A stretch of 64,000 nucleotides of DNA, from the NCBI GenBank assembly GCA_950097015.1, contig CATNEN010000037.1:3534001-3598000 (forward strand), given 5' to 3'. The first letter of the stretch is position 1, and each line of letters opens with the position of its first letter. Source of the stretch: Macrostomum hystrix (taxonomy: Eukaryota > Animalia > Platyhelminthes). The position numbers and the translations under genes are program-made. Below the pieces are notes generated by a model. It was not told where the DNA came from. It worked only from the letters and a program-made list of their open reading frames with translations, and ran no database searches. Shown here piece after piece: positions 26,497 to 38,076 of the stretch.

Positions 26497-27087
26497 TCAT
26501 AGCCTCTACCCTCTTCCCATAGCCTCCATCCCCTTCCCATAGCCTCTACTCCCCTTCCCATAGCCTCTACTCCCCTTCCCATAGCCTCTACTGTCTTCCC
26601 ATACCTCTACTCCCCTTCCCATAACCTCTACTGTCTTCCCATAGCCTCTAATCCCCTTCCCATAGCCTCTACTCCCCTTCCCATAGCCTCTACTCCCCTT
26701 CCCATAGCCTCTACTCCCCTTCCCATAGCCTCTACTCCCCTTCCCATAGCCTCTACTCCCCTTCCCATAGCCTCTACTCCCCTTCCCATAACCTCTAATC
26801 CCCTTCCCATAACCTCTACTGTCTTCCCATAGCCTCTACTCCCCTTCCCATAGCCTCTACTCCCCTTCCCATAGCCTCTACTCCCCTTCCCATAGCCTCT
26901 ACTCCTCTTCCCATAGCCTCTACTCCCCTTCCCATAACCTCTAATCCCCTTCCCATAACCTCTACTGTCTTCCCATAGCCTCTACTCCCCTTCCCATAGC
27001 CTCTACTCCCCTTCCCATAGCCTCTACTCCCCTTCCCATAGCCTCTACTCCCCTTCCCATAGCCTCTACTCCCCTTCCCATAGCCTC
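26497..27087. repeat. 21-bp minisatellite in the last TTLL intron
   Basis: Unit CCATAGCCTCTACTCCCCTTC. Confidence 0.95.
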
Positions 27088-27138
27088 CCATACTCTTCCA
27101 TTTCCTTTACAATCTTTCAACACCCTCTTTGGCATCAG

Positions 27139-27375
27139 GTGAAGCGCAGAAGCGACTATGTTCAGCCCAGGCAGCCGGTAGCCAAACCGATGCCATTCTA
27201 TCATCGCGTCGAACTGGTTGAGCACATGATCACACAGATAGAGGCTAGGCGTAGGGCTCAAAAAGAAGTTACAGAAAGGATCCTTGCGGAGAGGGCCGAG
27301 GAAAGAAGGAAAAGGAAATCAAGCCCGCATGCGAGTCATGACAGTCGCCGCCCAGCTTTTAAACCTGCACTCTGA
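27139..27375 (+). CDS. Probable terminal exon of the TTLL10-like gene (basic coiled-coil tail)
   Basis: Acceptor ctctttggcatcag|gtg, phase 0, matches the preceding donor; 78 codons VKRRSD...EARRRAQKEVTERILAERAEERRKRK...PAL*. Confidence 0.65.
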   Translation: MKRRSDYVQPRQPVAKPMPFYHRVELVEHMITQIEARRRAQKEVTERILAERAEERRKRKSSPHASHDSRRPAFKPAL

Positions 27376-27786
27376 AGAACCCTCTTTCAGTTTCGTTCTG
27401 GCTTGCTTTGCAGCTATTTTATTCGTTTAGTTGAAAGTAAAACAATTGCTTTAAGTTTTGATATACAGATCTCTTGACAAAAAGCGCGAACTTAAACTGT
27501 TTCACAGTCGCGAATTTTGCGACGAGAGCAGTGTGAAAAGAAAATTGCAGACTTTTTCTTAATTCAGTCGTTCTCTGTTGTCTGTACAATCGTTAAAAAC
27601 GGAAACAAAATAATTTCTCTATCGGACAGGTGGCTTCAAGAGCTCGCTCGACAAGATGGACAATACTAACTACAGTATACTACTGTAAATAGTGTGCATG
27701 CAATTCTAGGAATGCCTTACAAAAAATCTCACCTTGAGTCTCAATGCCCTGTTCTCCACGTCAAGTCTCTTATTCTAGCTTTCCCC

Positions 27787-28460
27787 TGTCTCTCTTCCCG
27801 TCTCTTCTCATCTCTCCCCAGTCTCTTCTCATCTCTCCCCCGTCTCTTCTCATCTCTCCCCTGTCTCTTCTCATCTCTCCCCCGTCTCTTCTCATCTCTC
27901 CCCCCGTCTCTTCTCATCTCTCCCCCGTCTCTTCCCATCTCTCCCCCGTCTCTTCTCGTCTCTCCCCCCGTCTCTTTTCATCTCTCCCCTGTCTCTTCTC
28001 ATCTCTCCCCTGTCTCTTCTCATCTCTCCCCCGTCTCTTCTCGTCTCTCCCCCGTCTCTTTTCATCTCTCCCCTGTCTCTTCTCATCTCTCCCCTGTCTC
28101 TTCTCATCTCTCCCCCGTCTCTTCTCGTCTCTCCCCCGTCTCTTTTCATCTCTCCCCTGTCTCTTCTCATCTCTCCCCTGTCTCTTCTCATCTCTCCCCA
28201 GTCTCTTCTCATCTCTCCCCCGTCTCTTCTCATCTCTCCCCCGTCTCTTCTCATTTCTCCCCCGTCTCTTCCTATCTCTCCCCCGTCTCTTCCCATCTCT
28301 CCCCCATCTCTTCTTATCTCTCCCCCGTCTCTTCTCATCTCTCCCCTGTCTCTTCTCATCTCTCCCCAGTCTCTTCCCATCTCTCCCCCGTCCCTTCCCA
28401 TCTCTCCCCCGTCTCTTCCCATCTCTCCCCTCTCACTTCCCATCTCTCCTCTCTCTCTTC
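27787..28460. repeat. 21-bp pyrimidine-rich minisatellite
   Basis: Unit GTCTCTTCTCATCTCTCCCCY. Confidence 0.95.
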
Positions 28461-28760
28461 CCTGTCTCTTTCTTTTCACATCCTAAGCGGTATGAGCGGT
28501 CAAAAGAAGCTACTGGCGAAGTCGACAATTAGATTAGAAAAACTCCTACTGTGTATATTTTTGTCGTACTGAACGTTGCATCACGCAATTTCTATTGTGC
28601 TATATAGATAAGAAAGTTGAATTTTTCTTTGAAGTGAAGCCTTTTCATTAAAGTATTTATCAAACTATGATTTTTAAAGCATTTTTTTGTTGAATTCAGG
28701 TCAAACTTGAAGATGTTTCAGACTAAAAAAGAGATTGTCTGATAAAAATTGGTCGCCAGT

Positions 28761-29095
28761 CCACTTTGTCTCTGATTGGCTGCACCACACCAACACAGCA
28801 GTGCTAGCACCTCCCCACTCCACTTTGTCTCTGATTGGCTGCACCACACCAACACAGCAGCTCTATCGTCACCCCATTCTACTCCGTCTTTTATAATGGT
28901 TGCGCAACACAAACATAGCAGCTCTAGCACCTCGTCACTCCACCCTGCCTCTGATTGGCTACACTACACCAACACAGCAGCTCTAGCGCCTCCCCACTCC
29001 ACCCGCCTCTAATTGGTTACGGCACACCAACACAGCATGGAATCGGATATATTACACCTCCTCACTCCCCTAGTACGCAGACTCTGATTGGCTTC
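28761..29095. repeat. Degenerate 59-bp tandem repeat, most copies carrying a CCAAT box
   Basis: Unit about CCACTTTGTCTCTGATTGGCTGCACCACACCAACACAGCAG...; ATTGG at 28775, 28834, 28954, 29012 and 29087. Confidence 0.8.
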
Positions 29096-30497
29096 ACAAA
29101 AGTAGACAGCAGCACTTGCGCCTCCCAACTCCTCATAATCTGGCATTTTTCGCACACAGAAAAAGATCTACAGCTGTAACTGTAGTTAAAAGTCCATTAG
29201 TTGATGCTCTGTTATCAATAGTATTTTTTGCTGCGAACGCAGCGCTATTTTCATCATTGCTCGGATGTGTCAGAGTTTAATGGGCAAATAGACGTAGCCT
29301 TCTATTTTTAGGCTAATCTAAATAGTCTTAAATTACTACAGTCGCTTTCATGCCAAATTTAGACGATCGTTTCACGCATAGTTTTACACATTTTGATCTC
29401 GGCTCTATGTGAGAATTGTGAAAATTAGACAATATAGAATAATACTCGTAGACTGTATGAAAAATATCTCTTTCTTTCAGCACAATGTTTGACGCAATCG
29501 CTTCTAAAAGCAATTCGCACATTGAGACAGAAAATATAGAATTTATTTTATGAGTTAATTTCGTAGTCCAGCCGAGGGAATCACACAGATCGGTATGAAC
29601 CAACAAGTGCACATATTTTTGAAGCACTGCATGACGCATGATAAACGTTTTGATAAAAAAGCAGACATGGATCGCTCGTACTAAAAGTATCCAATCTAAC
29701 ATTTCAAGGCCAATGAATTCGATTACATAAATTTTAGACATCTAAAAATGTGATTTTGATTCGACATATTGTGTATCCAAGCGCCTTTGTGTATTCAATT
29801 TAGTCCCAGGATTTAGTCAGAAGAGTCGCTTTAGAGACAAGCGGCTTGAATTGCACAAAATTTGACGCCGCTCGCTCTTATCGTACGGAGTGTTTGCCAG
29901 GCTTTTATCGAAGATTCCCAGGTATTTTCCGGTGTGACCAAGGGTAAGTTTGAAGTTGGAGACTAGAGGAAGTTCTGCTGCCTGATGCGACTGTTTTCAG
30001 TGGAATATCAATAAAATACTCGCGTCCCATGCGTAAGCTTTTATCGAGTTTGAGTGCTTTTCATCGTTCCTCTCTCAATGCACTTTTCATTTTTCTTTTA
30101 ATGGCGGATTCCGCGTCAGAGATCAAAGTTAGAGAATAGGCGGTATTGCTGCTTCTCATCAAGGAATTCTTGACACAGAAAACCCAGCAGTCAACTTTGC
30201 TGGAAATCCATCTATTTTTAGAAAATATAAAGGGGGAACCCTATAGCCACCTCAAGCCGAGCACGTGACTTGCCTGACATCAGCCAATGAAAAGCGCCCA
30301 GCTAGTAATTCATTAAAAAATGAATGTTGCGTGATTAATATTTCAAAACAAACACATTATTTAAAGTCCGAATGATCTTATAAATAAAATGGAAATGAAA
30401 TCGTCAGTCTATGTCAATCTGAAAATTTAAGAAAAGGAAAACTCCTTGCTAAATCTACAGTAATGAAAATCTTCGGAGACACTTCGCTATGATTTCA

Positions 30498-31856
30498 TCA
30501 CACAGAGGTGAGGCGAAGGCTGACCCGACAGTCACAGGGGGTGCATTGTTTGGAACCGCCGGCGGTGCTCCATCGCTGCTCACCGATGGGACTCAGTCGC
30601 CTCAGCGGCTGCAGCTCCTCGGCAGCGCCAACAATTTCGTCGCTGTCATCAAAATTTCCAACGCCAATTTCTAGCGGCGTCGCCGTCCTCGGCGGCTGCG
30701 GCGGCGTCAGCGGCGGAGTCACGGGCAGCGGGCGGCGCTCCGGTCGGAACTGGTACTGCGCCACAGCCTTCCCATTGCTGGCGGGCGCGGCGCAGCAGAC
30801 GAACAGCTTCCGCTGCAGCTCCTGACGGAAGCGACGGCCGAGCACAAAGTAGAAGATCCAGTTCGTGGCGTTGTTGGTGTACATGAGAATGGCGAAAACT
30901 CGCTCGGCGATTTTCAGCGCTGCAGCTCGTCCGTGACCGCCGCGCTGCAGATCGCTGCGTCGCTCCGTGGCGTAGATAAGGTAGAGCTCGTAGGGAAGGG
31001 CGAACAGCAAGAAGGTGGAGTTCATGCCGATCAAGGCGATGGAGATTCGCCGCTGCTGATGGCTCAGCCTGGCTACGTCACTAGGAAAAGTGCGCTTGAA
31101 GCGGTGCAGGCTGTACATGATGCCGGCGCTGCTGACGGCCAGGCAGACGGCCGGCAGGAACACGCGCAGCACCAGAGTGCTGTAGAAATAGTACGGCGAC
31201 TTCCACTTCTGGGCGCAGACGCCGCCGCCTCCGCCGTTCGCGCTGCCGTTGCTGTTGGACTCGTTTGCGCCAAGATTTCTTTCGTAGTACTTGACGGAGC
31301 TGGTGACCGCGGCCACCGCCATGGCCATCGGGATGGTCAGCGTCACCGCCAGGGCGCGCTTTGACGCGGCGTAGTTCAACTGACGTCGGCACGCCAGCGG
31401 CAGGACGGCGCTCAAGCAGCGGGTGAGGCTGATTCCGACCTGGACCCAGCTGGATGCGATCAGGCCGTAGTACTGCAGCATGGTCAGGCCGTAGCACGCT
31501 GGCGCGCTCCAGCTTCTGGGGTCGTAGCTGCCAGTAGCGGCTGACGGAGATAACTCGGCTCTGACAATGGCACGCACAATATTCAAGTACATGATTGGCA
31601 GGCCGACAGACATGACGCACAGGTCAGTGAGGCTGAGGGCAATGAACCATGGCCTGGCCTCCTTCTGGGTGCTGCCGCGGCGCAGCAGGACGGTGACGCA
31701 GACCGCAGTGCCAGCACAGCCGGACACATACAGCAGGGGTACCAGCCAGGCGAACAGGTATTTGTACACGGCGGCGAGTAGTTCAAGAGCAGCCGCTTCG
31801 CTTGCGGCGTCGGCTGTTGCCGAGTGGTCGGTTGCGTTCGGGTTGCTGTTAGGCAT
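30498..31856 (-). CDS. Intronless class A (rhodopsin-like) GPCR, FMRFamide/peptide-receptor-like orphan
   Basis: 452-aa ORF from ATG with 7 hydrophobic segments; LSLTD (TM2), Cys at the top of TM3 and in ECL2, S.W.QVGISLTRC..AV.PL (TM3), FLP (TM5), FALP (TM6), NNATNWIFY...RRFRQEL (TM7/H8). Confidence 0.92.
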   Translation of the reverse strand: MPNSNPNATDHSATADAASEAAALELLAAVYKYLFAWLVPLLYVSGCAGTAVCVTVLLRRGSTQKEARPWFIALSLTDLCVMSVGLPIMYLNIVRAIVRAELSPSAATGSYDPRSWSAPACYGLTMLQYYGLIASSWVQVGISLTRCLSAVLPLACRRQLNYAASKRALAVTLTIPMAMAVAAVTSSVKYYERNLGANESNSNGSANGGGGGVCAQKWKSPYYFYSTLVLRVFLPAVCLAVSSAGIMYSLHRFKRTFPSDVARLSHQQRRISIALIGMNSTFLLFALPYELYLIYATERRSDLQRGGHGRAAALKIAERVFAILMYTNNATNWIFYFVLGRRFRQELQRKLFVCCAAPASNGKAVAQYQFRPERRPLPVTPPLTPPQPPRTATPLEIGVGNFDDSDEIVGAAEELQPLRRLSPIGEQRWSTAGGSKQCTPCDCRVSLRLTSV

Positions 31857-32141
31857 TGCTCACTGGGGGCACCGATTGTTGAGCAAATTTTCTGCATTCT
31901 CTCTTGGGTTTTAAGTTTCTCGGGATGAGGCCTGTGTGTGCTTGATCGGATTCGCCCAGTCATGCTGATCCAATCTCCTTCATCAGATCCCAAACCCCCC
32001 GCCTCACGCTGCCCAGATTGGGATTTGTTCCCCTCAGGGATTTTCAAAGTTTTCAGCCTGATTCGCCAGATTCATTCTTGTTGTCTTCATAGCTTCTTTA
32101 ATAGCTGGTTTAGTTTATTCATAATCCATTTACTTTTTGTA

Positions 32142-34800
32142 CTCGTAGCTAGACTATTAGCTGGAATCGTTGCTAGGCTATTAGAGGGAATCACAGATAA
32201 TATATAAATAAGTTATATATTATCTGTGGAGGGAATCGTTGCTAGGCTATTAGAGGGAATCGTTGCTAGGTTATTAGAGGGAATCGTAGCTAGGCTATTA
32301 GAGGGAATCGTAGCTAGGCTATTAGAGGGAATCGTAGCTAGACTATTAGAGGGAATCGTAGCTAGGCTATTAGAGTGAATCGTAGCTAGGCTATTAGAGG
32401 GAATCACAGATAATATATAAATAAGTTATATATTATCTGTGGAGGGAATCGTTGCTAGGCTATTAGAGGGAATCGTTGCTAGGTTATTAGAGGGAATCGT
32501 TGCTAGGCTATTAGAGGGAATCGTAGCTAGGCTATTAGAGGGAATCGTAGCTAGACTATTAGAGGGAATCGTTGCTAGGCTATTAGAGGGAATCGTAGCT
32601 AGGCTATTAGAGGGAATCACAGATAATATATAAATAAGTTATATATTATCTGTGGAGGGAATCGTTGCTAGGCTATTAGAGGGAATCGTTGCTAGGCTAT
32701 TAGAGGAAATCACAGATTATATATAAATAAGTTATATATTATATGTGGAGGGAATCGTTGCTAGGCTATTAGAGGGAATCGTAGCTAGGCTATTAGAGGG
32801 AATCATAGCTAGGCTATTAGAGGGAATCGTAGCTAGACTATTAGAGGGAATCGTAGCTAGACTATTAGAGGGAATCGTTGCTAGGCTATTAGAGGGAATC
32901 GTAGCTAGGCTATTAGAGGGAATCGTAGCTAGACTATTAGAGGGAATCGTAGCTAGGCTATTAGAGGGAATCGTAGCTAGGCTATTAGAGGGAATCACAG
33001 ATAATATATAAATAAGTTATATATTATCTGTGGAGGGAATCGTTGCTAGGCTATTAGAGGGAATCGTTGCTAGGTTATTAGAGGGAATCGTAGCTAGGCT
33101 ATTAGAGGGAATCGTTGCTAGGCTATTAGAGGGAATCGTAGCTAGGCTATTAGAGGGAATCGTTGCTAGGCTATTAGAGGAAATCACAGATTATATATAA
33201 ATAAGTTATATATTATATGTGGAGGGAATCGTTGCTAGGCTATTAGAGGGAATCGTTGCTAGGCTATTAGAGGGAATCGTAGCTAGGCTATTAGAGGGAA
33301 TCACAGATAATATATAAATAAGTTATATATTATCTGTGGAGGGAATCGTTGCTAGGCTATTAGAGGGAATCGTAGCTAGGCTATTAGAGGGAATCACAGA
33401 TAATATATAAATAAGTTATATATTATCTGTGGAGGGAATCGTTGCTAGGCTATTAGAGGGAATCGTTGCTAGGCTATTAGAGGAAATCACAGATTATATA
33501 TAAATAAGTTATATATTATATGTGGAGGGAATCGTTGCTAGGCTATTAGAGGGAATCGTAGCTAGGCTATTAGAGGGAATCATAGCTAGGCTATTAGAGG
33601 GAATCGTAGCTAGACTATTAGAGGGAATCGTAGCTAGACTATTAGAGGGAATCGTTGCTAGGCTATTAGAGGGAATCGTAGCTAGGCTATTAGAGGGAAT
33701 CGTAGCTAGACTATTAGAGGGAATCGTAGCTAGGCTATTAGAGGGAATCGTAGCTAGGCTATTAGAGGGAATCACAGATAATATATAAATAAGTTATATA
33801 TTATCTGTGGAGGGAATCGTTGCTAGGCTATTAGAGGGAATCGTTGCTAGGTTATTAGAGGGAATCGTAGCTAGGCTATTAGAGGGAATCGTTGCTAGGT
33901 TATTAGAGGGAATCGTAGCTAGGCTATTAGAGGGAATCGTTGCTAGGCTATTAGAGGGAATCACAGATAATATATAAATAAGTTATATATTATCTGTGAG
34001 AGGGAATCGTTGCTAGGCTATTAGAGGGAATCGTTGCTAGGCTATTAGAGGGAATCGTAGCTAGGCTATTAGAGGGAATCGTAGCTAGGCTATTAGAGGG
34101 AATCGTAGCTAGACTATTAGAGGGAATCGTAGCTAGGCTATTAGAGGGAATCACAGATAATATATAAATAAGTTATATATTATCTGTGGAGGGAATCGTT
34201 GCTAGGCTATTAGAGGGAATCGTTGCTAGGCTATTAGAGGGAATCGTAGCTAGACTATTAGAGGGAATCGTAGCTAGACTATTAGAGGGAATCGTAGCTA
34301 GACTATTAGAGGGAATCGTTGCTAGGCTATTAGAGGGAATCGTAGCTAGGCTATTAGAGGGAATCGTAGCTAGACTATTAGAGGGAATCGTAGCTAGACT
34401 ATTAGAGAGAATCGTAGCTAGACTATTAGAGGGAATCGTTGCTAGGCTATTAGAGGGAATCGTAGCTAGGCTATTAGAGGGAATCGTAGCTAGGCTATTA
34501 GAGGGAATCACAGATAATATATAAATAAGTTATATATTATCTGTGGAGGGAATCGTTGCTAGGCTATTAGAGGGAATCGTAGCTAGACTATTAGAGGGAA
34601 TCGTAGCTAGACTATTAGAGGGAATCGTAGCTAGACTATTAGAGGGAATCGTTGCTAGGCTATTAGAGGGAATCGTAGCTAGGCTATTAGAAGGAATCGT
34701 AGCTAGGCTATTAGAGGGAATCGTAGCTAAACTATTAGCTGGAATCGTAGCTAGACTATTAGAGGGAATCGTTGCTAGGCTATTAGAGGGAATCGTAGCG
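32142..34800. repeat. 24-bp minisatellite punctuated by 13 copies of a 37-bp AT-rich hairpin
   Basis: Unit GAGGGAATCGT(A/T)GCTAG(G/A)CTATTA. Hairpin CACAGATAATATATAA-ATAAG-TTATATATTATCTGTG at 32192, 32405, 32618, 32711, 32996, 33185, 33302, 33395, 33488, 33773, 33962, 34152 and 34509. Confidence 0.97.
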
Positions 34801-35613
34801 TAGCGTTAGAGTAGCGTAGAGTATCGTAGCGTAGCATAGAGTAACTATGCTATAGTAAATTGATAGCTGACATGTAGACAGTACACCCCCTACCCATGGC
34901 CTGTCACCGTGTCTACCGTGTATCCATGCCATGTCATGCATAAATGGTTACAAGATACGCTCGTATCGGATTGATCTAATACGTTAGGAGGTGGTTGGCC
35001 CTATTCGTTCGTTTTTCTAGACTTTTTTCTATAGTTCCCTAAGTGACTTTTCGGCATGTCCCGGAGGGGGCGGACACCAATGGCTTGATTTAATTTGGCT
35101 AGCTAATTCTAGCTAATCAATTCCTTGCACTTTTATTCAGATCTCTCTCTCTGTCTCACGTCGAGCATTTTATAATAAGTAGTCAGAATCTTATAATAAA
35201 TATGGTTAGTAAATAAAAAGTAATATTAAAGATACTATAAACATTAGGTATAATTCCGACTTAGTTTTTTATTAGTCAGCGAAATTCAGCTGCAAAGGAA
35301 TCCAGAAAAGTCCCCCTTACCCGTGTTGGGAGAAAAGTCCCTAGATCACCTGATGCATAGATCTCTGTCTAGCGTAGCCTGCCCAAGCTGAATAAAGTAA
35401 TTAGAGAGAAGGCAGGAACTGAAAGCAATGCCGTTGTTAATAACTTTGCACCAAGCTCAAGCCGAATGAGAAGGTCCTGCAAAGTAGAAAAATTAATCTT
35501 CAGGAAAGTCTGATAAAAATCAAAGAATTCATCCCCAATCTGTCTTCGAATCCTACCAGGGGTTATATGGCATCTCCTCAGTCATTTGCGTTCTTTGTTT
35601 TAGTCTCTTTAGT

Positions 35614-37341
35614 CTCATCTTCCCTGGTCCTATCTTCCCTGGTCCTATCTTCCCTTGTCCTCATCTTCCCTTGTCCTCATCTTCCCTTGTCCTCATCTTC
35701 CCTAGTCCTATCTTCACTGGTCCTCATCTTCACTGGTCCTCATCTTCCTTGGTCCTCATCTTCCCTTGTCCTCATCTTCCCTTGTCCTCATCTTCCCTTG
35801 TCCTCATCTTCCCTGGTCCTATCTTCACTGGTCCTCATCTTCACTGGTCCTATCTTCACTGGTCCTCATCTTCCCTTGTCCTCATCTTCTCTTGTCCTCA
35901 TCTTCCTTGGTCCTCATCTTCCCTGGTCCTATCTTCACTGGTCCTCATCTTCACTGGTCCTATCTTCCCTGGTCCTCATCTTCCCTTGTCCTCATCTTCC
36001 TTGGTCCTCATCTTCCCTTGTCCTCATCTTCCCTTGTCCTCATCTTCTCTTGTCCTCATCTTCCCTTGTCCTCATCTTCCCTTGTCCTCATCTTCCCTTG
36101 TCCTCATCTTCTCTTGTCCTCATCTTCCCTTGTCCTCATCTTCCCTTGTCCTCATCTTCCCTGGTCCTATCTTCCCTGGTCCTCATCTTCCCTGGTCCCA
36201 TCTTCCCTGGTCCTCATCTTCCCTGGTCCTATCTTCCCTGGTCCCATCTTCCCTTGTCCTCATCTTCCCTGGTCCTATCTTCCCTGGTCCTCATCTTCCC
36301 TGGTCCTATCTTCCCTGGTCCCATCTTCCCTGGTCCTATCTTCCCTGGTCCTATCTTCCCTGGCCCTATCTTCCCTGGTCCTATCTTCCCTGGTCCTATC
36401 TTCCCTGGTCCTATCTTCCGTAGTCCTATCTTCCGTAGTCCTATCTTCCCTGGTCCTATCTTCCCTGGTCCTATCTTGCCTGGTCCTATCTTCCCTGGTC
36501 CTATCTTCCCTGGTCCTATCTTCCCTGGTCCTATCTTCCGTAGTCCTATCTTCCCTGGTCCTATCTTCCGTAGTCCTATCTTCCCTGGTCCTATCTTCCC
36601 TGGTCCTATCTTCCCTGGTCCTATCTTCCCTGGTCCTATCTTCCCTGGTCCTATCTTCCCTGGTCCTATCTTCCGTAGTCCTATCTTCCCTGGTCCTATC
36701 TTCCCTGGTCCTATCTTCCCTGGTCCTATCTTCCCTGGTCCTATCTTCCCTGGTCCTATCTTCCCTGGTCCTATCTTCCCTGGTCCTATCTTCCCTGGTC
36801 CTATCTTCCCTGGTCCTATCTTCCCTGGTCCTATCTTCCCTGGTCCTATCTTCCCTGGTCCTATCTTCCCTGGTCCTATCTTCCCTGGTCCTATCTTCCG
36901 TAGTCCTATCTTCCCTGGTCCTATCTTCCCTGGTCCTATCTTCCCTGGTCCTATCTTCCCTGGCCCTATCTTCCCTGGTCCTATCTTCCCTGGTCCTATC
37001 TTCCCTGGTCCTATCTTCCCTGGTCCTATCTTCCCTGGTCCTATCTTCCCTGGTCCTATCTTCCCTGGTCCTATCTTCCCTGGTCCTATCTTCCCTGGTC
37101 CTATCTTCCCTGGTCCTATCTTCCCTGGTCCTATCTTCCGTAGTCCTATCTTCCCTGGTCCTATCTTCCCTGGTCCTATCTTCCCTGGTCCTACCTTCCC
37201 TGGTCCTATCTTCCCTGGTCCTATCTTCCGTAGTCCTATCTTCCCTGGCCCTATCTTCCCTGGTCCTATCTTCCCTGGTCCTATCTTCCCTGGTCCTATC
37301 TTCCCTGGTCCTATCTTGCCTGGTCCTATCTTGCCTGGTCC
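35614..37341. repeat. 15/16-bp pyrimidine-rich minisatellite
   Basis: Mixed TCCTCATCTTCCCTTG / TCCTATCTTCCCTGG on the left, pure 15-mer on the right. Confidence 0.97.
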
Positions 37342-38076
37342 ATTCATATATCTTATCATGGCTTCCTTTTCAGCTTCAGTGCTTTCTTCATTAACTGTTG
37401 GGTGTTAGAGGAATGCTAGAATAAATATCTGCTTAATCTGACCAAACGGCATCGTAGAATGCAGCCAACCAATTTTCTAAGAAATCAATGAATTAAAAGC
37501 TAAAAGCAAAAGTCCATGCTTAGGCCAGGCGGTCTGCAGTGATGGACAGCGTGGCGCAGGTGCACAAACAAACACGCGAGTGGTTTCTGGGAGGCCGGCC
37601 AACAAAAAGCATGGCCAATACAGGCAAAAGTCATCCCAGTGCTGGTACAGCTCTTATTGGCCTTTCTATAGTTCCTTCTTGGGAGAGGAAATTGCTTCAA
37701 GTCGCCCCCCAATCGACCGGCTCCCTCAAGGACGACCCCGCCTGATAATAATATCCCCGCTCGGCTGTTGACAGCGGATACGTATTGGAGCATCTATTGG
37801 ATAACCGAGTTTGTTGTCAGGGGAGAAATTCAATTTAGTCTCCTGCAGCCCCATATGTATCATTTAGGTAAAGCAAATTGGCAAGAAACTAAAGTCAGCC
37901 TTCATAAATTTCAGTCTTCAGTATTTGTTTGTGGCTGCCAACCAGGATTGCGAAAAGCTGCTTTGAACTTTTAGCATTCATTTTAATAGAATACCGTTTT
38001 AATTTAACTTAAGATATTTGCTGAAAAAAATTGAGCGTAAAAGTACAAAGACAAAATATTTCACGACAAATATTCA

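Noticed and set aside
29328-29741. 137-aa AT-rich ORF
   Set aside because: No recognisable motif and composition unlike the real exons here.
30508-31914. Several + strand and alternative-frame ORFs over the GPCR (similar shadows over TTLL and DEG/ENaC)
   Set aside because: Antisense or frame shadows of GC3-rich coding sequence with no domain signal.
32142-34800. CRISPR-like pattern (palindromic repeats separated by spacers)
   Set aside because: The spacers are copies of one 24-mer rather than unique sequences, there are no cas genes, and the context is a spliceosomal eukaryote.
35567-37408. 613-aa, 542-aa and 376-aa ORFs (GPIFP / PGKIG repeats, superficially collagen-like)
   Set aside because: Translations of a stop-free 15-bp minisatellite; the Gly period is 5, not Gly-X-Y.
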